A stretch of 63,237 bases of DNA, the filler included, from Octopus bimaculoides (Eukaryota): NCBI RefSeq assembly GCF_001194135.2. It is 5 parts of 4 records of this genome, joined end to end, with 100 filler letters (N's around TTAATTAATTAA, not from the genome) between each part and the next. Parts side by side here need not be neighbours in the genome. Positions count along the whole stretch, not along the records: positions 28,474 to 55,552 come from NC_068982.1; 4 more parts are not named here. The stretch is one strand, 5' to 3'. A program made the position numbers and the translations under genes. Shown here piece by piece: positions 40,031 to 52,296 of this stretch. The first letter of the stretch is position 1. The number at the start of each line of letters is the position of its first letter. The notes beneath the pieces are model-generated. The model had not been told where the DNA came from and did no database searches. It was given only the letters and a program-made list of their open reading frames with translations.

Positions 40031-41344
40031 TTATGAAAAAAAAAAAACGTCTGTTGAGTAAAAGAACGCTGAGATATCCAAATGAAAGATGGAACTCTGA
40101 GGAGGAAGACCAAGATAGACAGAGGAAGATATAGGCAGATGTAATGAAAACGGATTTCAGAATCTGGACTTTAGGAAAAAAATGACAAAGAAATGTGATA
40201 CGTAGTGAGACACCATATCGTATAATACCTCTCACGTCACGTCCATGCAAACACGGTAAAAACAGACATAAAGATGGTGGCATAGACATTGTGGCTACTT
40301 CCTTCACCATTATTACCAACAATAGCACGTTGTCATTTACATTGCTATTATTAATTTATTCATGTATTAATTTATTGCTAATGTTTATCGCTATTATCCT
40401 CACTGCCCTTATGCTCTGTGTTGGAAATTATTAGAATTATGTTAATAATTATTAATAATTTGACCATTGACGTTTTTTTTATTATCATTACAACCACTTT
40501 AACTCCTGTTTATTGCCAGTAGTCTTCAGCCTTGTTATCACATTACTCCATTCCACTGCACAATTTGTTATTATGTTGTATTTTTACATAATTTGTTGGT
40601 TTTCATTTCGTTTTTATCAGTGCCTAAATGTTGCGTCTCTCTTTAGCTATTCATTTATCATTTGACTTTTAGCGTTTCCTACATCGACCCGCTTGACCGG
40701 GCAATGCCAGGGCGGCATGCTGAGATCCTGTGTGTGTGTCAATGTAAGTATATGAGTATATATGAATATGTGTGTGTGTAGACATACGTAAACATGTATG
40801 TAACTTATGCAGTAGGTATTAAAACATGTCAAATTTAAGTATTTTTCCGTAGATTCAAACCCACTCTTAACAAACAATGATTAAATTAATCTTACTTGGG
40901 GTTTAAACATCTTATCTCTATAACTAAAACACAAGAAATCTCTCAAATGTCATCATTTCTAAAAATAAACTTGGCATCATCTCTAAAAATAGCTAAACAT
41001 CTACTGCTGCTGTTCAAAGGAATATGTATAAAAGACAAAAGAACAGCCAGTCAACTCCATGAGGCAGGAAAGTATACTAGTCCTTATATATTTAATACAC
41101 AATATTTCATATATTCAATAAGACATTCAATACTTCATTTCATTTTACTATCTATATTATATATTCCATATTCTATATCCCACATTAATTTTATAAGAAT
41201 ACAAATAAAACATAAAAAACAGAGTTGGAACTCCTTTAAAGAATATATTCCTTTAGACACGATCATACAAAACCCTTTTTTATATTTTTTAAATTTTTAT
41301 TCATATATATATATATATATATAGATATATATATACCATGCATA

Positions 41345-41700
41345 CCATGTAGCGAACATCTGGACACCTGTGCACAAGGAAAATTTACAATTTTCCTTCT
41401 TCATAAAATAAATGAAGAGAACAACCTTCTCCGGAAGGCAAAACAAGAATATTTCATAAGATTTCTGAGTCCGGAAACTAAACTGGAAATAGTCAACAAC
41501 AATTTTACTGAAAACAATGTCTACTATATATAATAATATGTGCATGAAAACGTTAAGAACTGAAAGCGCTTGCACATCTATAAAAGCAAAGCCTACACAC
41601 ATTCTGTGGAATCTCTTCCCAAAGGTTAATGTCTTTCGACTTTCTAAAAAGTTTCTTTACTCAGTCTTAACCCACTGAGAAAAAAATATTCTCTCCAAAT
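41345..41700 (+). mobile_element. Penelope-like element 3' end (C-terminus of GIY-YIG region plus 3' repeat)
   Basis: PCSEHLDTCAQGKFTIFLLHKINEENNLLRKAKQEYFIRFLSP resembles the PLE C-terminal SEH...C....F..FPF.K......R..KE..FI....P.LN pattern. Confidence 0.55.
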
Positions 41701-41711
41701 ACATACATACA

Positions 41712-41772
<61 letters not shown>

Positions 41773-42174
41773 NNNNNNNNNNNNNNNNNNNNNNNNNNNN
41801 NNNNNNNNNNNNNNNNNNNNNNNNNNNNNNNNNNNNNNNNNNNNNNNNNNNNNNNNNNNNNNNNNNNNNNNNNNNNNNNNNNNNNNNNNNNNNNNNNNNN
41901 NNNNNNNNNNNNNNNNNNNNNNNNNNNNNNNNNNNNNNNNNNNNNNNNNNNNAAAATTTTCAATGGCCAGGTAATTGAAGAGATGGCGGCGTGGGTTTCC
42001 GCCCCGGCATCCGAAACTCGGAGTTTTATCATGGCTACCGAATAAGTGTCACACATGATATATATATATATATATGCATATAAATATATATATATGCATA
42101 TAAATATATATATATGCATATATATATATATATGCATATAAATATGTATATATATATATGCACACATCTGTACA

Positions 42175-42402
42175 CACGTGCTCCAGTTCGCTCAGCTGTA
42201 AAAATGAATTGCAACATCACTAGTGCCAAGCTCTATTGGCATTTGCCTGTCCCTTGCACAACATCGATGGAGAGGTTGGGCTGGTATGCATGGGCGACTG
42301 CTGGTCTTCCATAAACAACCTGGCCTGAACGTGTGCCTCGGTGTGGGGGGGGGGGACTTTCCAGGTGCAATCTCATGGTCATTTATGTCCGAAGGCGGTC
42401 TT
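42175..42402 (+). mobile_element. SINE family C, 3' half
   Basis: gctccagttcgctcagctgtaaaaatg..gctggtatgcatgggcgactgctggtcttccataaacaacc. Confidence 0.8.
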
Positions 42403-42512
42403 TACTTCTTTAAAGTAGGTAATGTAGGCCCAACTTTGCACAAATGATCCATGGTGATATTTTTTGGGGTGGGTGGGGTTCAATTTTGAAGAAGAAAAGC
42501 ACTTCCTATATA

Positions 42513-42872
42513 CAATACTTTCTTAAGGTATGGACACAGTAGGCAGTTGCCCTGGGGCCTCACGGGTGTAAGGGTCCTATTCTGATCTATGTATGTTGTT
42601 GCTGGATGTCAATATATAAATGCTATAGAGCCCAGAGATTTGCTCAGGAATCTCAGTGGTTCTAGTGGTCCAATTTAAATCAACATACGTATGCTGTGGA
42701 TTACTGTCAATTAATAAATACTACTGAGCCACGTGCATTGAATTGCCCAGGGATCTCACAGGTCTCAGTGTTTAAATCTGATGTATGCTATGGATTAATG
42801 TCAATAAATAATACTATAGGGCCCAATGTGTTGATTTGCCCGGGGACCTATGACACTGTTAAGACATGCCTG
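42513..42872 (+). mobile_element. Putative hAT-like MITE with internal subrepeats of about 100 bp
   Basis: Degenerate 14-bp TIR (caatactttcttaa / ttaagacatgcctg); repeated tatgct.tggatta.tgtcaat..aataaatactac units. Confidence 0.45.
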
Positions 42873-43344
42873 CTTATATGACATCAAATACAGTAATTGT
42901 GTCTCTAGTATGACAAGTAATTTTAAAGATATTTTTCCTTCCTTCATTTATTGTCACCCTTGCTTCTGTCTGGTTAAACAACGTTTACCGACCGCATCCC
43001 AATACGGATATTGCCTTCATTCATTACGTTAGTACTTAATGCAAAGAAAATTTGCAACTCTTATACATATATAGTGGCTATTTTTAAAAGCTATTGCTGC
43101 TGGATTCGAATATTAGAATAATTTGTCATGTCACTATTGTACTGAATTTGATGATGTGTTTACGCATTGAAACCATTCATGTCAAAGAAGTGGATTTCAC
43201 AATGTATGTGTTAGGGAGTTTTGTATTATCTGCACAGCAGGAACAGCTTCTTGATTATGCACACGTTAATATACAGAAGTTAGAAGCAACAGCGACTTGA
43301 TAATGATAGTATTATCTATAGAAAACTGATCTGAGAAATTTTTC

Positions 43345-43412
43345 TCAGGGACACCTTCTGCACGAAGAATATATAGTGAACTATATATTCTTCGTGCAGA
43401 AGGTGTCCCTGA
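43345..43412. repeat. Perfect 33-bp inverted repeat with 2-nt spacer
   Basis: tcagggacaccttctgcacgaagaatatatagt-GA-actatatattcttcgtgcagaaggtgtccctga. Confidence 0.97.
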
Positions 43413-43609
43413 TAGAATACAGAATGTAGGTAATCAATTAAAATTACACCAAGAATAAGAAAACATCAACCGTGTTAATGAAACTTTTATCAAGAACTGC
43501 ATGAAAGAGAAATTGATTTTAAAATCTTATCTTTGCTGGTTATGCTGAGAATACAATAAACTGTCGATATTATTAGACTTCATTAGTGATGCATAGTCTT
43601 GCAAGTTCA

Positions 43610-43948
43610 CACTGGATCTTCATATGGCCTGCTCGTGAAATTAACGTGCAAGTGGTTGAGCACTCCACAGACACGTGTACCCTTAACGTAGTTCTCGCGG
43701 AGATTCAGCGTGACACAGTGTGACAAGACTGGCCCTTTGAAATACATGCGCAACAGAAACAGGAAGAAAGAATGAGAGAAAGTTGTGGTGAAAGAGTACA
43801 GCAGGGTTCGCCACTATCATCTACCGGAGCTTCGTGGAGCTTTAGGTGTTTTCGCTCAATAAACACTCACAACGCCCGGTCTGGGAATCGAAACCGCAGT
43901 TCTACGACCGCGAGTCCGCTGCCCTAACCACTGGGCCATTGCGCCTCC
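43610..43948 (-). mobile_element. SINE with family D tail but a different central domain
   Basis: Head ggaggcgcaatggcccagtggttagggcagcggactcg..tttcgattccc (reverse complement); D tail. Confidence 0.8.
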
Positions 43949-44359
43949 ACTGAGAGGATAGAGTCGAACGTTAAAAAGAAAACGAAGTTGACAGAATACA
44001 GCTCTATAGATCACGGTTACAACACACACTATGATAGTAAGGTCGGGCAAAAGAAGCTGATTCCAGATAATGGATGCCACTGGGTGGAGGTCTATGACAA
44101 GTATCTTAGGTGGAAATATTNNNNNNNNNNNNNNNNNNNNNNNNNNNNNNNNNNNNNNNNNNNNNNNNNNNNNNNNNNNNNNNNNNNNNNNNNNNNNNNN
44201 NNNNNNNNNNNNNNNNNNNNNNNNNNNNNNNNNNNNNNNNNNNNTGAGTAGCACTTTTTTTTTTTACAGAAGATTGCAAGCGTAAAATCTGTGATATGAA
44301 ATGTAAGTGGTGACCAGTCAGTCAAATCCTTCTGATACTTTACACGTGGTCATTAACTT

Positions 44360-44700
44360 TACATGGCTCAGTGGTTAGAGCGTCGAGCTCACAGTCATGA
44401 GGTAATGGTTCGATTCCCGGCCCGGGCTGTGTGTTACGTTCTTGAGCAAGACACTTTATTTCACGTTGCTCCAGTTCACACAGCTGTAGAAATGAGTTGC
44501 GACGTCACTGATGCCAAGCTGTATCGGCCTTTGCCTTTCCCTTGGATAACATCAGTGGCGTGACGTGGAGAGGAGAGGCTGGTGTGCATGGGTGACGGCT
44601 GGTCTTCCATAAACAACCTGGCCCGGACTTATGCCTCAGAGGTGGCACTTTCTAGGTGCAATCTCATGGTCATTCATGACCGAAGGGGATCTCGTCGGTC
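44360..44700 (+). mobile_element. SINE family C, full length
   Basis: tggctcagtggttagagc A box; ggttcgattccc B box; matches 10178-10512. Confidence 0.85.
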
Positions 44701-44977
44701 ATTAACAGATAAAAAGGGTGAAGAGAGAGAGGAAGGGAGAGAGAGAAAAAGGGAGAAAAAGAAAAAGCAAGAGAGAGAGAGAGAGAGAGAGTAGGAGGAA
44801 AAGAGAGGAGGAATAGGGTAGGAGAGGAATATAAAAAAAACCTACTCTCACTCGAAGCTCACAACTTTTACGATGAGCCCTAAATGAAGTTAAGAACTGA
44901 GAACTTGGTAGACTCGACTTCTTAGAAGTCAACGCACTATACACACGTATTTGCTTACACAAGTACTTACAAATCCG

Positions 44978-45019
<42 letters not shown>

Positions 45020-45022
45020 ACG

Positions 45023-45104
<82 letters not shown>

Positions 45105-46009
45105 CGCACGCACGCACACACACGCAAATACACAAACACACACATACACGTACCTAGAAACTGCACATTTACAAAGCCTATATATAGAAGCAAATTAAAA
45201 TAACCTGTATATATAGATTTCGGTCTTACAAAATTAAACAAAGGATTCAGATAATTCTTAGAAGATAATCGTCATTTATTTCTTAACAATACCACGGATG
45301 CTTTATACATAACATACTTTAACTCAATTTTCAAAACCAGAGCCAGACAAAATATTGTCGCAAAATCTTTGTCTTTCATATTAATACAGGTATATAAGAC
45401 CAGACCAGAAATGTTATTGATATCATGATATAATTATATCATATGACACGAAGCAAATTAAAATACTGTTAGTAGCTACTTACCTTCATATCAGCCTGGT
45501 TATTATTAGACTCGGTATTCGCTTTTCATTGTCTTGTGGAACAAAGAAATATTGAAAACATCAAACCGTGATAGAGTCCACAGTGACAGCTGTATATTCC
45601 AACCGTTTCGTGACGTTTCGCCCAGCGTTTCTCTATGACTTTTCACTCGCGCACTCACGCGCAATCACATGCACATATGAATACACACGTTCACACACAC
45701 GTTCACACACGCTAAGATACAATATTTTATTCTATCTTTTTCTCATGTTATAATCTTTCTTACTCTCTCTCTGTTTCTGTCTGTCTCTCTCGCTCACTGT
45801 ATTTTACTTTCTTCCTGTTTGCACGTTTCTGTGTGTGCACATTATACATACATACATACATATATAATATATTATATTTCTGCTGCTTTTAAATAAAGTA
45901 TATATANNNNNNNNNNNNNNNNNNNNNNNNNNNNNNNNNNNNNNNNNNNNNNNNNNNNNNNNNNNNNNNNNNNNATATACGTAAATATATACACATACAT
46001 ATACATGTA

Positions 46010-46211
46010 CAGGGGTTGGAAAAAACAATGGAGACATTAAAATTTCAAACAGATTATTCTGCTATGGGGGAGGACCGTCTTTGGCAGTAATTACAGCTTG
46101 AATTCTATGAGGTATGGACTCGTACAGAGTTTGACTTATTTCCAAAGGAATTTTTGTCCATTCTTTAGCTGAAACAGTCTCCAGTTCTTCTAGTGATGAT
46201 GGTGGGGGATA
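46010..46211 (-). mobile_element. Tc1-type transposon 3' end with TIR
   Basis: TA|CAGGGGTTGGAAAAAACAATGGAGAC terminus; minus strand YPPPSSLEELETVSAKEWTKIPLEISQTLYESIPHRIQAVITAKDGPPP*. Confidence 0.8.
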
Positions 46212-46289
46212 TCGAACGGAGGTGGAACGGAATGAAGCCAACCGCAACTGAAGAACAAAGGTCATTGGAATAGTGTTACGAGAGAGAAA

Positions 46290-46600
46290 GAAAGAGAGAG
46301 AGAGAGGGGGGGAGTAGTTGTTAGCATGGTATCTAGGGGTGAGCAGATAAGAATGGACAACAAGAGGGGAGAGTTGAGAATGTCTGAGCGGAAATTGCAT
46401 AAGACCAACCAGCACAGCAGATCAGAGGCTAATATGGCGATATAAATTAGAGCAAGGAGAAGGAGCATACCTCTGGTCAAAATTGTCGTGAACTGGTGAG
46501 CAACTTCATGCCAATCAGCAGGGTAAATCTTTCATTGGATCCGGTGTGTGATCTCTGCTGTTTAGGAGAGATGAAGTAATTTCTGGTCTTCAAAAAGATG
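46290..46600 (-). mobile_element. Possible CR1/Jockey-group LINE 3' fragment
   Basis: NLYRHISL..FPLRHSQLSPLVVHSYLLTPRYHANNY weakly resembles CR1-group C-termini. Confidence 0.3.
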
Positions 46601-46631
46601 GCCATTCTTTACCTGATACCACTTTTACTGG

Positions 46632-47100
46632 TGGAGGTGCGTGGCTTAGTGGTTAGGGTGTTGGATTCATGATCATAAGATTGTGGTTTCGATTTCTGGA
46701 CCAGTCGACGCGCTGTGCTCTTGAGCAAAATATTTCACTTCATGTTTCTCAAGTCCACTCAGCTGGAAAAAAAAGAGTAATCCTACGACGGACCGGCATC
46801 CCATCCATGTGGGGAATATATATGTCATAAAAATTGGGAAACTGGTCCTTATGAGTCGGTATGACACGAGAAGAAAGCTTTACCTTTTGTGGAGGTGAGT
46901 GGCTAGGTGGTTAGGGTGTTGGACTCATGATCATAAGATTGTGGTTTCGAATCCTAGACTCGGCGACGTGTTGTGCTCTTGAACAAAACACTTCATTTCT
47001 CGTCGTTCCATCCACTCGCCTAGATGGAGTGTATATACGCCGTGGAAACCCGGAAACCGACCCTTGAGTCTATATGACTCGGAATGGAACTTTACAACTA
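46632..47100 (+). mobile_element. Two tandem tRNA-derived SINEs (family E)
   Basis: gtggct.agtggttagggtgttgga.tcatgatcataagattgtggtttcga head at about 46640 and 46895. Confidence 0.8.
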
Positions 47101-47119
47101 CTTTACTACTTTTATTATG

Positions 47120-47280
47120 GTTATGTCTCAAGCTACTTCTATCTAATACCTTCGGATGATCTCTGCTTGACCGCTACACGACGACTACTCAACAGTCAGT
47201 CGACTCCTTCCACGGTCATACTACGTCTATTTATATGTCTTGGTCGAGCCTACTTCTTCGCTTGGGGGCGTCAACACAAC
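47120..47280 (+). repeat. Unclassified interspersed repeat, inverted copy of 19607-19778
   Basis: See 19607-19778. Confidence 0.85.
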
Positions 47281-47779
47281 AATTATGTTGTGAGTGTTTG
47301 CTAACCAGATGACATCCACTGCGAAGACCGCACTTCAGATAGAGAAACTCTAGATATTATAGCAGCTTCTTGATAATGGTTGTCTCTACCACATATGTGA
47401 TATTATAAGTTGGTGCGCTAAGACAACAACAGGAAGGCCCAGGTTTATCCTTATTGAGAATGAAACACACTGCAGTGATTATCTAATGCGTATATATCCC
47501 AATATAGATAGAGGGAAGAGTTAGAGAGTTGGGCAAGGATAGAGTCTGGTCTAGCATGCATTGTTTGTTAGTAGAAAGGATTGTTTGAAAATAGCGCAAA
47601 AGTCAATTGTCATGGCTGGTTTCATTCAAAGTTGGTTTGAAAAGATCAAAGAGTTCTATCAAAATTATTTTCCTCACATTTCAGCACTTCAATGTCGGGA
47701 CGTTTTTAACAACTATTAAGAACTGAATGTATAATATGTGAACGAATATGTACGTGTGAGCGAGAGAAAGAGAAAAAGA

Positions 47780-47865
<86 letters not shown>

Positions 47866-48494
47866 AGGGAGACTAACGGGTGTGTATATTTGATATTAAG
47901 AGAGTCACTTATTTTGTTTGGCGCTTTATCTCGATGTTTGTTATACTGACATTGTTTCAATATAATACAGTTGCATTTGTTTTCTGTTTGTTTTTACCAT
48001 TTTTTTCTTTCTGATGAAGCAACCTTATGTTTCTTCTGAAATGCTACAGTTCTTTTCTTCTTCATGCCATACCATTTATTCCACTATTTGAACTGTTTGC
48101 TTTAGTATTTGCCAATGCAGAACATCACAAGATTCCTTGTATTCTGCTGTTTTTGCCGCAAATACTATAGCTGGGCATTTTCACGTAGCTTGGCGAGTGA
48201 CGAGATGTTAAAGTTGCTATTTTTTGTGTCACGTCTCCTATATTTTGAGAAGAGGTATAAATGATATTATTACAGGGAAGCAAACTCACAAACACACACA
48301 CACATACACACACACACACATACACACACACACATAAATACATATATACATACATATATACATACATATATACATTCATACATACTTACACACTCACACA
48401 CGTAGACACATAGTTATTTTCCTTCTGCCCCATTAGTGGTATTCATAATCGATTCCTTTATATTCCTTATACATACATACATACATACATACAT

Positions 48495-48944
48495 CAACGA
48501 AAAAGAAAATACCTACTCTGAACAGCTGAGAAATCTACAGTTACTTTATCCAAATTAGGAGCCCAGGTTTATACCTGTAATTATTGGGACACTAGGATAT
48601 GTAACACACCGCCGAAATACAAATCAGCTTTTCGAAACCAGAAAGAGGAAAGCTTATTCGAAGACCACTGGAACAGTAAAACTTGTCAGAACTTTAGCAT
48701 TTAAGTGTATATGAGCATGTCGAGATATGCAAATATATGCATGAGAAGACATACATAAAACAAAACATACAAATCTGTACTTATACATACATACATACAT
48801 ACATACATACATACAAACATACATATATACATACATATAGAAATACTCTGTTGATGTTGAAATTCCAGTGGAGGCGTCTTGAATCTAGGTTAGAAATTGG
48901 CTCTTTCTCTACTGGCAAGAAATCTTGAAATAAACTGAATAATG
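48495..48944 (+). mobile_element. 5'-truncated R4/Dong-type REL LINE 3' end embedded in (ACAT)n
   Basis: NEKENTYSEQLRNLQLLYPN*EPRFIPVIIGTLGYVTH..TTGTVKLVRTL..* (stop at 48714) fits the REL C-terminal K..Y..L...L..L......IP.IIG.LG pattern; AATAAA near the 3' end; (ACAT)n directly on both sides. Confidence 0.65.
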
Positions 48945-49271
48945 ACATACATACATACCTGTCTGTAGCAAAGTATGACTGAATACTAGTCTTTAATTCA
49001 TATGATACAAGTAATCACGATATCTGGGACCTATAAAACCTTTAGATTTCAAGGATGATGGTTAAAACAAGATACTTTCCTTCACAATTTGTTACCAACT
49101 AAGTGGCCGGTCAAAATTTACTCTAAATAAAAACATAACATAAATACATACAGACAGGCATGCATACATGCATACATACATATATGCATGCATACATACA
49201 TACATACATTCATACATACGTTTTGCCTTGCCAGGATTCTACGCTAATTAAGTCAGTTAGGACCGTAACAT

Positions 49272-49455
49272 ATCCTTTTCTAGTCTAGGCACAAGGCTGG
49301 AAATTTTGGGGGAGGGGACCAGCCGATTAGATCGACGCAACTGGCACTTAATTTATCGATCCTGAAAGGAGGAAAGGCAAAAAACGACTTCAGCGGAATT
49401 TGAGCTCAGAACATAAAGACAGACGAAATACCGCTAAGCATTTCGCCCGGCTGGC
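49272..49455 (-). mobile_element. SINE family A
   Basis: Reverse-complement family A core and tail. Confidence 0.75.
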
Positions 49456-50142
49456 TTTATAGATCTAATCTATATCAATCAGCATTTTACATATTTTGCT
49501 AAATATTCAAAAAATTTCGATGAACTGAGCTTAGTGTAGTTAACTCCCTTGACTATTGTCTATTTTTATTTTAAACGCTTCTGGACGTGTTCATTGTCAA
49601 CTAATTGCAAAATAATCTCAGCTAATCGAAGATTTTCAATTCTCTACTCTCTATAATATATATGTCAGACGCTAAAATGCATATACATATGTGTATGTCC
49701 TTGAAATAAAGCATAACATGTTTCTTTGTCTTTTATGTTTTATGATTTTACTACTTTCAGTCACTGACTGCGGCCATGCTAGGACACAACCTTGAAGGGT
49801 TTGGTTGAACGAATCGGCCGCCAGTGCTTGAATTTTTTGAAGTAAGGTAGCAATTCTATCGATCTCTTCTTTTGCCGGACTACTACGTCATGTGTACGTG
49901 AGCAAACCGACTTTCGTTTGTAACGGGATGTGTGGAGCTGGTTTTTTTTTACATGTTCGATATGGGAATATAACTGATTTCACTATTTCTCTTCGGCCTT
50001 ACCAAAATAAATTATATTCTTAAACAGGTCTAACGTTTTCATACTTAAAATTTTGAAGCACAGAACCACAGGGCGTGACCCATTTTTCGTGGTTAAGCCC
50101 TCTTTTAGCTGTAGTTTCATATATGGCATAATAGACATATAT

Positions 50143-50179
<37 letters not shown>

Positions 50180-50204
50180 CACACACACATAATATATTCT
50201 TGTT

Positions 50205-50436
50205 TTTATTCTTTTACTAGTTTCAGCCATTTGACTGCGGCCACGCTAGAGCACCGTCTTTAGTCGATCAAATCGACCCCAGGACTTATTCTTTGGAAGC
50301 CTAGTACTTATTCTATCAGTCTCTTTTGCCGAACCGCTAAGTTACGGGGACGTAAACACACCAGCATCGGTTGTCAAGCGATGTGGGGGGGGCAANNNNN
50401 NNNNNNNNNNNNNNNNNNNNNNNNNNNNNNNNNNNN

Positions 50437-50479
<43 letters not shown>

Positions 50480-50790
50480 CATGCATATGTATGTATGTAT
50501 GTATGTATGTATGTCAAGCTTAACGTAGAGATACTTTAATAACGTCATAAAACTGCGGTATTCGGTTTGAGAATACATTTCCTATAGCTAGATAGTATTA
50601 AAAAGCACAGAATATCAACATTGGACAAAAAATTATCCAACATCGGTCGTGAATGGACTTCCACTCAGTTTCTGCCTACCAAAATTAGGTATTGGTCGGT
50701 CTTCAAGCTATCGTAGAAGAAACATAAGCAATGTGTCGTGCAACAGAACAGAAACCGAAGCAGCATGGTTGCAAACCGCACTCCTTAACT
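50205..50790 (-). mobile_element. SINE family B with N gap in its internal microsatellite
   Basis: Well-preserved tail at 50205-50394; diverged head at 50660-50790. Confidence 0.75.
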
Positions 50791-50950
50791 ACACAGCATC
50801 ATCACATCTAACCATGAACTCTTAGTTACAATGTATTACGAGAGCACCAGAAAGAAAAATGGTCTCGTCAACATGATACCAGAAAATTGCAAACCGAAAG
50901 AGCTTTCCAGGTCGTCATAAATGAAAGAAAAAATTAAGAGGTGTTATAGT

Positions 50951-50974
<24 letters not shown>

Positions 50975-50986
<12 letters not shown>

Positions 50987-51270
50987 TTAGGGAAAATAAC
51001 CAATTTTCAAGAACTCATCGATGAAAATCCACTATCACATATAGAAAAATTAATAATTAAAAGCACAATAAATGAGTATAATATAAAGTAAAGTAAATAT
51101 CATAAGATAAATATAATATAATATAATATTATATTTATCTTATGATATTTACTTTACTTTATATTATACTCATTTATTGTGCTTTTAATTATTAATTTTT
51201 CTATATGTGATAGTGGATTTTCATCGATGAGTTCTTGAAAATTGGTTATTTTCCCTAAAACTATATATAT
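50975..51270. repeat. Perfect inverted repeat, 145-bp arms, 6-nt spacer
   Basis: 50975-51119 is the exact reverse complement of 51126-51270 (checked base by base). Confidence 0.97.
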
Positions 51271-52107
51271 TTTATATATACTTTATCTATAAGGCTCAAT
51301 TTAATTTTTTATAAATTGATTTTAATTGAGTTTTTTACCTGTAATTTTGGATTTTGTCCCTAATAATATTATTATATATATATATATATATATATAGCTC
51401 TTGTTGAAATACGAAATAGTTTCATCGTATTGAAAAACGCTTTACTGCGAAGAAAATATGTAGCAACATAACAACTAGAGTAACGAAAAAGCAGACAAAA
51501 AGATACATGCGTCTAATTCTTGAACGTGTTTTAATTGGAGACATAACATTTGAAAATGAAAACTATAGAAACGAAACGATATAACTATATTTTTTCTCAC
51601 TAAAGAAAAAGAAAAAAAATTAATAGCTTTGCAAAAGTGCTGAGACGTACGTTCACCGAAACAAGTACATTCATATAGAAAATAAATAAATGAATAAATA
51701 AATAAATGAATAAATAGATAAACAACGAATGCTAAAAAAATATATTAGCAAGAAAGAAAATTTTATTACAATGAAAAATAACGCAAAAATTGTCATATTC
51801 GTCTAGTTAAAATACAAACAAAATAACTTTGCTGCGTTGTTCTGTAGATGCAGCAACTGTATGCGTACACACACACAGGCACACACACAGACACACACAG
51901 ACACACACACACAGACACACAGACAAACACACACAGACACACACACACACACACAAATATATATACATATATCTATGTATGTTTATACATACATACATAC
52001 ATACTTATGTATATGTATGTCTGTATTTTACCTACGTATGTATCATATCTTATTGTATCATATTTTGTATTGATATATATATAGATATACTCATTTATTA
52101 TTTGTAT

Positions 52108-52153
<46 letters not shown>

Positions 52154-52250
52154 TGTGTGTGTGTGTATACACACATNNNNNNNNNNNNNNNNNNNNNNNN
52201 NNNNNNNNNNNNNNNNNNNNNNNNNNGATATACTCATTTATTATTTGTAT

Positions 52251-52296
<46 letters not shown>

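Larger units (their letters stand above)
37860..40260 (+). mobile_element. Decayed RTE LINE (RT ORF) interrupted by two SINEs
   Basis: IKCVWNTNAPLILNDVEKRE; NNRDINLLEYIMKVSEKA..RISLDEVQF..ADFLVRQLQGK..KKAF..VP; ESVADLEKKVETW; PCTIYCKSVSRNFIWC..KLWVHK; VVRIRIG; RGRPR..ADVMKTDFR. Confidence 0.85.

Noticed and set aside
44360-44435. tRNA-like sequences (also 10178, 43870-43948, 46632, 46890) as tRNA genes
   Set aside because: A and B boxes run straight into shared SINE bodies and no complete acceptor stem is evident
47990-48060. CTGATGA..GAAA as a hammerhead ribozyme
   Set aside because: No convincing stem II or stem I pairing, and no GUH cleavage triplet in position
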